From the IMG/VR virus record IMGVR_UViG_3300032245_001520, positions 18,345 through 82,344 of that record: 64,000 bases of DNA; one strand, 5' to 3'. The notes under the pieces are model-generated. The model worked only from the letters and a program-made list of their open reading frames with translations. It made no database searches and had not been told where the DNA came from. Below, piece after piece: positions 47,727-56,365 of this stretch (its first letter is position 1; every line of letters starts with the position of its first letter). A program made the position numbers and the translations under genes. This DNA comes from a virus.

Positions 47727-50207
47727 CTATCGAGGCAACAAGTACCCTGTCCTTCCTTGCGAAACAGGGTAACGCCAAGCGATCTCCTGCAAAGGATCAA
47801 AGAACCCATCCTCTGCGGCACTCAGATCAGCAATGAAATACGCATACCCAACCTTGAAATGATTGGCATCGACAGTGTATGTCTCGATAGCATTCTCGCA
47901 TGTCGGCGGATATTTGTATATGCTGGCATCCCAGATCGGTGCGGTCATCGGTTCTGCTGCGCCATCTTCCAGATCAGACACCAAGAACCCCGAGAGCATC
48001 GTGCACGGTCCAGAACGCAGGTACATCCCTTCCCAGTCGCCATATCCCTCGCCCAGTTTCGCGGTGGTGTCTGCTCTTCGGTTGTGCAGGGGGTCGTAGT
48101 CAGTCAGAGTCGCCTCAGCAAACTCGTCAAACGGCAAATCAACAGTCGGGTAAGTGTTCGCGTTGGCGTAGTCGTCGGTGGTAGCAAACCCGTAGGCAAT
48201 GTTCGAGTACAGGTACGGTTCTGCGTAGATATATTCCAGGTTGACAGTGTCCAAACCAAAAAGTACAACCTCCTCGTAAACCTCGGGCACCGACTCTGGG
48301 GAGGGGCACCGCATAAACTCGGGTTCAATCGTCGATCCCCAGTAACCAAAGTCCTGGCAGATGAGGTTGACCTTCTGCCACACCTCGTCGTTCCTGCCGT
48401 AGGTGGGCGGGAGGCGAACAAAGTACCTCTCCCAATTATCCGGTCCTGGACCTGTGTTCAGGTCGGCACGGAGGGGGTTGGCGTAGGTGTCTTGCGCCAG
48501 GTGTTGCACTGTGTTGACCACCTGCAGATCCTGCGCCTTCCACAGTCGCAGAGGAGTCTCGCAGTCGTAAACGTTGGGACTGGCGTAGAGTGCCAAACCA
48601 CCGTACACCAGGTCTGAGACGTTGTGGATGTACTGCTGGGTGACAGTGTCAGAGATGGAGATGGTCGGCAGGTTGCTGAGAGCAGACTGCGTCCTCGCAA
48701 CAATCTCAAACTCGTATGTCCCTGTGCTAGGCGACTCGGTGTAGGTGACACGGTAGTCGTCGGTCTGCACAGAGACGCCACTGGTCAGACGGACTCCGTC
48801 GCAGTAGAAGTACAGGACTCCGAGGTTGACCGTGGGGTCGGGTGCCGCCAGGGGGTCGTTCGTGTTGACAGACACCCAGGTGTCGTCGTACCGGATGGAA
48901 GCAGCACGAGTTGCCTCGTCGGGGTTCCCCCAGTCCCACCACATGGAACCTTGGGGGTACTCGGTGTCGGGAAACAGACGGGTGGCGGCGATGAACCGGA
49001 GCAAGTTGAACGTGGGGGTGACACCGTCGTCAGGAGGGATACGATAGTCAACCTCCACCCAGTTCGAGCAGGTGGCGTTCTGATAGTACCAGACTGCGAG
49101 AACACCAGTCTCGTTGTTCCACCATATATCTCCCTGCTGCGGGTTGCCGGGTGGCTGTGAGTATATCGGCACTCGTTGATAGTAAACGTAGTCCAGCAGG
49201 TCGTTGAACGACAGCGACCGCACAACAGGTTGCAGGAGAACAGATCGTGCCTCGTCAAATCCGTGGACACTCAGCGAGTCAAACGCGAGATTGAATGGCA
49301 GGGCACCACCTTTGTTGGACCAGGCACCGAGGAAGTTTTGTAGGACGTTTCGGGTGTTCCAGTCAGTGGGATCCACCCACGGTTGTACTTTGACCTCGAG
49401 CGTCTTGGATACCTGTGTGCTTGTATCAGAGTAGTCCCACACCAGGGTCGCTGTCAGACCTACTTGGTCATGCGACAGGTTGGCGGGGACGTCTAGGTAC
49501 CACGATTCCCGCACAACGTCCCACACAGGTTGCACTGTGGTGACCGAGTCGGAGCAGAGGAGGTAAACGGGGACGTTGAACCAATACCGCGATCCTGCCA
49601 TCAGAATGGGGAATGCGTACGGGAGTGTGTTGCCGGTGTCCCACCCAGGGTACAGCACCAGACTGTCGCCGGAAACACCGACACGGAAAATGGCGTCGCC
49701 AGCGATGCCGATGGTCGGTCGATAGAAGGGTGCCGGTCGCACCGATGGCACGTCGACCTTGATCTGACCTGTCGCGGAGAAGTCGGACAGGAACTGGTCA
49801 GTGAGTGGCAGAATCAATCGAAGAGTCGGACCATCGTCGATAATGTCTTCGATCGCATACTCATAGTCACCGAGGACAACAGTCTGCCCAGGTTGCAGTC
49901 GTGTGTCTCGCTCGACAATTACGGAAGACTCCCAGTTTCTGATTTCAAGGACGCGAGGGATAACGTACGAGTTGTAGACACCGAGAGTGCCACCCTGAAG
50001 TTGGCGTTTCTGATCCGGTGAATTAGGCAGATTCCCCCAGTAATTTGGACCGTTGAAACCCAGCAATTGCGCCAACCAGTCTAACTGCCCGTCTACGCGA
50101 CTTTCAACGAGAGCAACCTGCTCTGCCTGGGTTGTGCTCAGATAATCGGAAGTCTGACGACGGAGTTCCCACTGTTTGGTGTTGAATTCCGCAGTGTACG
50201 TCGTCAT
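47727..50207 (-). CDS. Baseplate wedge/structural protein
   Basis: LDWLAQLLG motif (P2 gpI-like) near the N-terminus; located in the baseplate cluster. Confidence 0.5.
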   Translation of the reverse strand: MTTYTAEFNTKQWELRRQTSDYLSTTQAEQVALVESRVDGQLDWLAQLLGFNGPNYWGNLPNSPDQKRQLQGGTLGVYNSYVIPRVLEIRNWESSVIVERDTRLQPGQTVVLGDYEYAIEDIIDDGPTLRLILPLTDQFLSDFSATGQIKVDVPSVRPAPFYRPTIGIAGDAIFRVGVSGDSLVLYPGWDTGNTLPYAFPILMAGSRYWFNVPVYLLCSDSVTTVQPVWDVVRESWYLDVPANLSHDQVGLTATLVWDYSDTSTQVSKTLEVKVQPWVDPTDWNTRNVLQNFLGAWSNKGGALPFNLAFDSLSVHGFDEARSVLLQPVVRSLSFNDLLDYVYYQRVPIYSQPPGNPQQGDIWWNNETGVLAVWYYQNATCSNWVEVDYRIPPDDGVTPTFNLLRFIAATRLFPDTEYPQGSMWWDWGNPDEATRAASIRYDDTWVSVNTNDPLAAPDPTVNLGVLYFYCDGVRLTSGVSVQTDDYRVTYTESPSTGTYEFEIVARTQSALSNLPTISISDTVTQQYIHNVSDLVYGGLALYASPNVYDCETPLRLWKAQDLQVVNTVQHLAQDTYANPLRADLNTGPGPDNWERYFVRLPPTYGRNDEVWQKVNLICQDFGYWGSTIEPEFMRCPSPESVPEVYEEVVLFGLDTVNLEYIYAEPYLYSNIAYGFATTDDYANANTYPTVDLPFDEFAEATLTDYDPLHNRRADTTAKLGEGYGDWEGMYLRSGPCTMLSGFLVSDLEDGAAEPMTAPIWDASIYKYPPTCENAIETYTVDANHFKVGYAYFIADLSAAEDGFFDPLQEIAWRYPVSQGRTGYLLPR

Positions 50208-50236
50208 GCCCTGTTGGTCACACCTTTTCAGTGGTT

Positions 50237-50935
50237 TTACCCTGAGACTTTAACCCTCAGAGACGTGTCAATACCTCGCGCATTTTGCCAACGAGAAAGA
50301 GCACCGGCGTTGGAAATGTGCCCTGTGACAAGGCACATCCACTTTTGAGAAGAGGTGGTTTTGCCACCTTTTGTGCCACCTTTCGCTTGCATACCGGGGG
50401 CATGTGCACCAACACCCAACCCTGCTGCTTTTGTGCCACCTTTCGATTGCATGCCAGGGGCATGGAAACCAGCACCCAACTCTGCTGCTGTTTTACCACC
50501 TTTCGACCGCACGCCAGGGGCATGGATGCCAACACCCAACTCTGCTGATTTTGCGCCACCTTTCCTTCCGTCCTCCTTCATTTGCTCTGCGGACCTGCCA
50601 TGAACACCAACACCCAACTCTGCTGATTTTTTGCCAGCACCACTCGAATGCAGGGTTGAGTATTTGTCATAAATGTCCCACAGTTCGAACCATCCAGACA
50701 CAAATGGACCTTCTGTTAGGAACTGTTTGGCATCCCCTGAGAAGAAACAACACTGCTCATATTCCTTGCTCTGCCACAATCCCTGCACTTGATGATGGTC
50801 GTGCAACATCGAGATTGTTGTTTCTCCTTTACCGTTGGGCGCAGGATAATGAGCATCCTCCCACTTCGCCCCCGGAATGAATCCTGCCTCCTCGTAGAAC
50901 TCAAGGCATTCTTTGACGTAGTCGTGTTGGTTCAT
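50237..50935 (-). CDS. Free-standing endonuclease-like protein (divergent HNH) with 20-aa tandem repeats
   Basis: WEDAHYP.P...HDHHQVQG; three or more KGGxxxAELGxGxHAPG repeats (60-nt units, about 50371-50550); C-terminal W.CL.TG..S.AGAL. Confidence 0.6.
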   Translation of the reverse strand: MNQHDYVKECLEFYEEAGFIPGAKWEDAHYPAPNGKGETTISMLHDHHQVQGLWQSKEYEQCCFFSGDAKQFLTEGPFVSGWFELWDIYDKYSTLHSSGAGKKSAELGVGVHGRSAEQMKEDGRKGGAKSAELGVGIHAPGVRSKGGKTAAELGAGFHAPGMQSKGGTKAAGLGVGAHAPGMQAKGGTKGGKTTSSQKWMCLVTGHISNAGALSRWQNARGIDTSLRVKVSG

Positions 50936-50956
50936 ATACTCCAGGTCTTTGAATCT

Positions 50957-50984
50957 ATTTTAGGTTGGACTCCGAAGGGTAAAC
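50957..50984 (-). promoter_or_regulatory. Class-2 promoter-like element GTTTAC-N16-TAAAAT
   Basis: Exact 16-nt spacer; upstream of GGAG and the ATG at 50935. Confidence 0.65.
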
Positions 50985-50985
50985 C

Positions 50986-52191
50986 TCAACCTGCTGCGAG
51001 TTCGATGTTCAGTCTCGCCTCTTCATGTCGCATACTTTCAGTTGGAGACATCCACAATGTTGGGTACCCCTTGACTTGTTCGTAAAGGTCAATTAGGTCC
51101 TCGTCGAAGGGCAGGGTGATCCAGTTCGCTACCGGCTGATAATCCCTATGCGTCAAATATCTGGCATCCTCCACCCGTGTGATCTGGTAATCATTGTCAA
51201 TCTCAACGACTGCCAACTGCGCCAAAGTCAGTTCTTTAGGTACCGTATTCTCAGGGTAGATGACGAGTGTTGCACTAGGAATGGGGTTGTCGGGTTGTTT
51301 GAGCAGGGTGATTGTGCCCGAGACGGTCAGGGAGGACACTGACACGGATAAGTCAGAAAATGAGACGTTCCACCCAGTGTTGAACACCGGGGACATGTTG
51401 AACGCGAAGTACGGACCGGAGGTGTCTCGCGAGACGGCGGTGGTACTCGCGACGACCAACTCGCCGTCAACAACATACGACAAAGTGGCGGTCCCTGAAA
51501 CAGCAGATGTTGAGGGGCACCGCAAGGTAACATTGGAATATGCGGATCCCAGTTCGCTCTCCCACTGTAGGAATGCGGAGGTCGGTTGTGCGTACGCAGG
51601 CAGAAGGGTGTCGTTGTTTGCCCAGAACAGTGGGGAGGTGTTGACGAATGCGTTGACAGGCACATAGCGCCATCCGACGACTCCGTCGGTGCTCGATGTG
51701 ATGCTCAGGGGTGTACCAGACAGACTGAAATCCTCGACGGTGTACGTCGCCTGGAAGGGTGCGTCATCGAAGAGCAAAGAGTATGCGACAAGGTAGCGAC
51801 CTGACACCAGACCGACATTCTCGACGTTGACCAGTGCGGGATAGACAGTGGTTCGACCTTTTCTCCAGACAATGACACCACCCTGAATGACCAGGTCGGT
51901 ACGTGTTGTTGAGGAAGTGACCTCAAGGGAACCCGTGCCAATTGTGGGCACACCCCAGGGTGTAAAGACGTACCCGATGGTGCCATCGGCATCGAAGTCA
52001 ATTCTATAAGTTTGTGATACCGACGGAAGTCTGTGATATACTGGTCTGCCCCCTGGCACCCACTGCGTCGGTCTGACCTCGAGGTTGTTGGCAGCGATAT
52101 ACTGCTCTGAGAGGGTCTGCGTATTTACGGTGGAGACTGTCGTCTGAATGGGTTGGACGCCACCGTTAGTTGGTGTGAGGAGTTGCGCCAT
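50986..52191 (-). CDS. Baseplate/structural protein
   Basis: ATG overlaps the stop of the baseplate J gene. Confidence 0.55.
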   Translation of the reverse strand: MAQLLTPTNGGVQPIQTTVSTVNTQTLSEQYIAANNLEVRPTQWVPGGRPVYHRLPSVSQTYRIDFDADGTIGYVFTPWGVPTIGTGSLEVTSSTTRTDLVIQGGVIVWRKGRTTVYPALVNVENVGLVSGRYLVAYSLLFDDAPFQATYTVEDFSLSGTPLSITSSTDGVVGWRYVPVNAFVNTSPLFWANNDTLLPAYAQPTSAFLQWESELGSAYSNVTLRCPSTSAVSGTATLSYVVDGELVVASTTAVSRDTSGPYFAFNMSPVFNTGWNVSFSDLSVSVSSLTVSGTITLLKQPDNPIPSATLVIYPENTVPKELTLAQLAVVEIDNDYQITRVEDARYLTHRDYQPVANWITLPFDEDLIDLYEQVKGYPTLWMSPTESMRHEEARLNIELAAG

Positions 52192-55022
52192 CAGAGTCTC
52201 ATTGTGCCATCGCGATATTGCGGTGGCGAATACGGATACGAAGTGCCTGTGTACCACGACAACTGGGGCACGATTTCAAGAGTCGAGGCATTCTCCCAGA
52301 CGTACAGTTGCTGTCGCTGGTTATTGGTGAACCGTCCGCTATTCTTGGGTACGACAGTGATGCTGGCGACCCCGAGTTTGATAGCAGAGACATCGCGTCC
52401 GAGTTGAGACAAGATGGGTTCTTCGCACACATACTTGTTGACATATCGCAGCAGATTTCCTGCGTACTCCTGAATCCTGGCAGTGTTCGCCACTGTGGTT
52501 CCGGTCCAATCGACGATAGTGGGGGTCGGAGTGAACGCACGCATGACTCGGTACAGGTTCTTGCCGTCTTCAGAGAGGATAGTGTCCTCTGCGTATTCGG
52601 TATACGCCGGGTCAAAGTATGGAACATACTGCGAGTACTCGAACGCAGGGTCCAGCAACTCTGGGGCACTCGCAGAGGGCACAAAGACCCCTGACTGAGT
52701 GTAGATGTAAAAGGCGAACAGGGGAGTGACGTTCGTGGTCGCAGTGTACGACAGCACACGCGAACCTTGTCTGAAGAAGGTTCGGTCGCCAGCGAAGAAG
52801 GTAAACATGCGCACCGGCATTCTCCCAGTCCCCGCAGTCAGGAATGACGCCAGTTCGACCCTCTGCTCGGAGGTTGTCGCAAGAGGAATAATGAGTCCCT
52901 CGTTAACAAGGTCCTGCGACCTCGTGCTGTTGGGGGTGAAGTACGTCGCAGCGATGAAGTACTCGGGCACAGCAAGATGGTCAGCGCGGTACTCCAAATA
53001 CGTGCCGACGGGGAACCGGGGACTGTACTTGTACACAGACAGTCCGTTGTCTGCGTTCTCGACGACGATCTCTTTAACGATGCCCTGCTCAACGAGAGTG
53101 TCGAAATACGCACTGACTGTCAGAGTGTCCGGGTTGTATGTGAAGTCGGAGACGACATAGGCATACTTGACGACTGCCCCGTCGAGCACGTCGACGTAGT
53201 AGTAGTACGGGTCAACCTCTGCCGTCGGTCCCGACCCGACCTGCGGAGTGAAGACCCACGTGCCTGCAGTGTACGAGTCGCCCGAGGTCAGTTCTGCAGG
53301 TGTAACGGGTGACCCGACTTTCGCTTCGCTTTGCGCCCCTGCCAGACTGTTCGTCGACGGGGCGAGTGTGAAGTTGGCAGAGGTGACCCACACCAGAGTT
53401 CCCGGTCGCTGAGTTACAGAAACTGTCGACGGTTGAGCAGGGACAAATTCCTCCGGTGCGTAGTCGTACTGAACTATCTGAGGGTTAAAAGTGCCGTCAG
53501 GGTCGTTAGATTGGTACGTCGACCCGACAGACCACGGAGTGTAAGTGGTCGCCGCTGAGACCCTGCCAGTGGCGATAAGTTGGGGCACCTCGGTCGGTGT
53601 GCTGATGACCAGGTTGGACAGGACCACGTGCAGTTGGTTGTCGCCACCGTTCGCAGAGGACCAGTAAACGACGTCTCCCTGCAGGAACTGACCGGGAGTC
53701 AACAGTTTTATCTGACGCAGTTGCAGGTTGCCATAAATAACCTGGTCGGTCTTCGCAGCAGAGTACGGGGTGAACGACTGCAGAACAGGGTAGAACACGT
53801 CGCTCGGTGTCGTTGTGACGACCAGTCCGTTCTGTTGGTACAGGTACTCGCTCGGGGCGAAGCTGTAGACTTGCGTGTACGTGGCAGCACCTGGTTCCAG
53901 TAGCGCTGGCGTATTGTACGCAGACGAAGACGTAATATGAGGGTCGATGAAACGCACAGTCGCGTCAAACGTCGAGTAGAAGGCAGCATCGGCATCGCTG
54001 ACTGTGGGGTCGACGGTAACTGGAAACACGTTGCCGGGTCTCAGCACCTCGAAAAGTCGGTCACGGAAGTTGAGGGACGAGTCCTTGAGGTTGCCACCGA
54101 AAGGTCCGTTGGCATCGACCTCCACGGTCAGGTCGTATTGCACCTGACTCAGAGTCATAGGGTACAAGTGTGCCTGATTCTCGACTGGCACGGAGAAGTT
54201 GACGACCGTCTGACCCCTCTCGAGTTGGTCCTGCGTCAGTTCTTGCCCGTTGGGACCAAGCACGAAGAACGACACTTGGCCGTTGGGCAGAAGGTAGTCG
54301 CGAAGGTAGTTGTAGGTGCCCTGGTTGGGTCGGTTCGGTTGGACCGAGGTGTAAGTGCCGTCGCCGTAGAAGTCAAGGAAGAACCCACGCCAGTCCTCTG
54401 CACTGACAGGGTTGCGACGGCGAATAAGGGAGAAGAAGCGACTCTGAACCTGATCGAACGTCTCAACATCGCTGCCACCGACCGCAGGTTGGGGGTTGGT
54501 CGCTGTCAGTCCGGGAACGTTGACTGCACCTGTGACAACGATGGTGTTCGCTGCGCAGTTGTACTGTGACCCGACGAACTGCGACGAGACTGTGACCTGA
54601 GCAGTGGTCTGACCCGCAGGGATGACTTCCTGCTGCGAGGTGATGAACGAGATGGAGGTGCCACCAGTCAGGTTCTGGTTGGTCGAGAACGTGGTGCCAA
54701 CGGGGAGAACTGTGTCGGTGTCGCTGGGGGGAATAGTGACGGTGAGGCGAGCAGTCGAAGCAGTCCCTAGACGGCGCATCGCGCCCAGGAAGGGACCAAT
54801 CCACTCAACCAGGATCTTTTGTGGTAACTGGTTTGCCCAGAAGAGAAACTCTCCCTGCGAGAAACTGAGACCCTCCAGTAATGCCGCAAGGGGATTTCCC
54901 GAGGAGAAATCGTTGAGAGTCTGATTGGATGCTTCGTATACCCTTTGAGATGCCTGTTGAACGAGTTGTGCCTCGTTGCGAGGGTCAATGCTTACAGATG
55001 GCAGAGGCGCATATCGTGTCAT
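52191..55022 (-). CDS. Baseplate J-like wedge protein with long C-terminal extension
   Basis: NDFSSGNPLAALLE, AVGGSDVET...R...IRRRNPVSAEDW motifs. Confidence 0.85.
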   Translation of the reverse strand: MTRYAPLPSVSIDPRNEAQLVQQASQRVYEASNQTLNDFSSGNPLAALLEGLSFSQGEFLFWANQLPQKILVEWIGPFLGAMRRLGTASTARLTVTIPPSDTDTVLPVGTTFSTNQNLTGGTSISFITSQQEVIPAGQTTAQVTVSSQFVGSQYNCAANTIVVTGAVNVPGLTATNPQPAVGGSDVETFDQVQSRFFSLIRRRNPVSAEDWRGFFLDFYGDGTYTSVQPNRPNQGTYNYLRDYLLPNGQVSFFVLGPNGQELTQDQLERGQTVVNFSVPVENQAHLYPMTLSQVQYDLTVEVDANGPFGGNLKDSSLNFRDRLFEVLRPGNVFPVTVDPTVSDADAAFYSTFDATVRFIDPHITSSSAYNTPALLEPGAATYTQVYSFAPSEYLYQQNGLVVTTTPSDVFYPVLQSFTPYSAAKTDQVIYGNLQLRQIKLLTPGQFLQGDVVYWSSANGGDNQLHVVLSNLVISTPTEVPQLIATGRVSAATTYTPWSVGSTYQSNDPDGTFNPQIVQYDYAPEEFVPAQPSTVSVTQRPGTLVWVTSANFTLAPSTNSLAGAQSEAKVGSPVTPAELTSGDSYTAGTWVFTPQVGSGPTAEVDPYYYYVDVLDGAVVKYAYVVSDFTYNPDTLTVSAYFDTLVEQGIVKEIVVENADNGLSVYKYSPRFPVGTYLEYRADHLAVPEYFIAATYFTPNSTRSQDLVNEGLIIPLATTSEQRVELASFLTAGTGRMPVRMFTFFAGDRTFFRQGSRVLSYTATTNVTPLFAFYIYTQSGVFVPSASAPELLDPAFEYSQYVPYFDPAYTEYAEDTILSEDGKNLYRVMRAFTPTPTIVDWTGTTVANTARIQEYAGNLLRYVNKYVCEEPILSQLGRDVSAIKLGVASITVVPKNSGRFTNNQRQQLYVWENASTLEIVPQLSWYTGTSYPYSPPQYRDGTMRL

Positions 55023-55030
55023 TTTCTACC

Positions 55031-55594
55031 TCAGTTTGGGCAGATGATCGTGTTACCGCCAGTACCTACAGAATAGTTATTGCACGCAGGATTGGTTGCA
55101 GAGTAGTAGACTCCGTTGTCAACCTCCAGACCCTCAGCGATTGCTGTCACCTGGTCTGCGAGGATTGCTTTCGTGATGATATCTGAGTTGCTCAGCGAGG
55201 CGAACTTCTGCGCAGTTGAGGGTGCAGGTGTCCCACCTGCGTAGAGATACTTGGCGTTGGTTGTGTAGTTCTGAGGGGCATTCGCACCGTTGCTGTTGCT
55301 GGGGTTACCCAGCACGTTAGGGTCGTACCCGAAGTTGAATACCCCCGTGACAACCTTAGTGCCAGTGATCGGGGTGCCACTGATATACAGACCACTGATG
55401 GCCAGCGAAGGTTGGTCCGTTCCCAGGGTGATGTACCGAGAGTCAAGACCGTTGGATCCCCCTGTGACCAGGGAGTTGAGACCCAGAGGGTCATAGTGAT
55501 GGTCTAAATCCTGCCCATCGAAGTAGATCTGTTGAAAACCGTTAAGGAACTGGGAAGTGACTATCACTCCACTAGAGAAAGTTGTCTTTGTCAT
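55031..55594 (-). CDS. Tail/baseplate-associated protein
   Basis: TTFSSGVIVTSQFLN N-terminus typical of fibre-attachment proteins; VDNGVY near the C-terminus. Confidence 0.55.
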   Translation of the reverse strand: MTKTTFSSGVIVTSQFLNGFQQIYFDGQDLDHHYDPLGLNSLVTGGSNGLDSRYITLGTDQPSLAISGLYISGTPITGTKVVTGVFNFGYDPNVLGNPSNSNGANAPQNYTTNAKYLYAGGTPAPSTAQKFASLSNSDIITKAILADQVTAIAEGLEVDNGVYYSATNPACNNYSVGTGGNTIICPN

Positions 55595-55637
55595 GCACCA
55601 CACGGTCGCCGTTCTTGAGAGGGTTTTACCCTCAGCC

Positions 55638-55823
55638 TCAATCGTTGATGACTAACTCCCAGTGCGGGTCGCTCCGCAGGTTGATCCAGGTGCAGTACTT
55701 GCCGTTGTCAGAAACAACAAACACCTTGTCTACGAGTCTCTGCTCCACTCTGACCACAGGGTTGTTGCCCATGGTATTTGTCAGACGGTTCTTCGCCTTG
55801 GCGGAAAGAGGCAGGACACGCAT
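55638..55823 (-). CDS. Small hypothetical protein (moron-like)
   Basis: PLSAKAKNRL.N.M...VEQ...DPHW; has its own class-2 promoter-like element. Confidence 0.55.
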   Translation of the reverse strand: MRVLPLSAKAKNRLTNTMGNNPVVRVEQRLVDKVFVVSDNGKYCTWINLRSDPHWELVIND

Positions 55824-55825
55824 AC

Positions 55826-55855
55826 AAAAAGACCCCAGAGGGTAACTCTGAGGTC
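55826..55855 (-). terminator. Intrinsic terminator after the tail tube gene
   Basis: GACCTCAGAG-TTACC-CTCTGGGGTC stem followed by TTTTT. Confidence 0.75.
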
Positions 55856-55884
55856 AGTATAGCAGGTTGAGAGAAGAAGTAAAC
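55856..55884 (-). promoter_or_regulatory. Class-2 promoter-like element GTTTAC-N17-TATACT
   Basis: The -10 hexamer abuts the 5' arm of the terminator. Confidence 0.55.
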
Positions 55885-55897
55885 CCTGACGCAAAGG

Positions 55898-56341
55898 TCA
55901 GGATCTCTCCCAGTACGCGACGTTAAACGTAACTTGAATCTCCTGCACGTTTCCGCTTTCTCGATCCACATCGGCAGTGTTGATCGATACGAACTGGCAC
56001 TCGTAGCAAATGTAAGCACCGCCAGCAGGAGCAGAACCCCGACCACTGCAATCACGGGGGGTGACTGTGATGGTGATGGGGTTGCAGTTGTACTCCAGCC
56101 AGAAGGTCTCCAGTGCCTTGAAGATGGTAGGATCGTAGGGAGCAGTCAGATCAACATTGTCCGCCTTGCGAGGGCCAACAACGTGGAAAATGCGGTTCCC
56201 TGTTCCGTTAGCGTAGTCGCTGCTATCTGAGGAATCCTTGATCCCTCCGAATTTGGTGAAGACAGCAGTAAAGGTGGGACCGTTCAGTGCGGTGAACGAC
56301 ACCTCGTACTGGCTCTTAGTTAAAGGGCGCAGAATAGCCAT
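55898..56341 (-). CDS. Probable tail tube protein
   Basis: 147 aa; F..FGGI...Y..G......GP....V.L..PYDP...ITIT...Y.C......DVDRESGNV.EI.V.F pattern; followed by a terminator. Confidence 0.65.
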   Translation of the reverse strand: MAILRPLTKSQYEVSFTALNGPTFTAVFTKFGGIKDSSDSSDYANGTGNRIFHVVGPRKADNVDLTAPYDPTIFKALETFWLEYNCNPITITVTPRDCSGRGSAPAGGAYICYECQFVSINTADVDRESGNVQEIQVTFNVAYWERS

Positions 56342-56365
56342 GGTAAGAACCTCCGAGTAAAGGGC

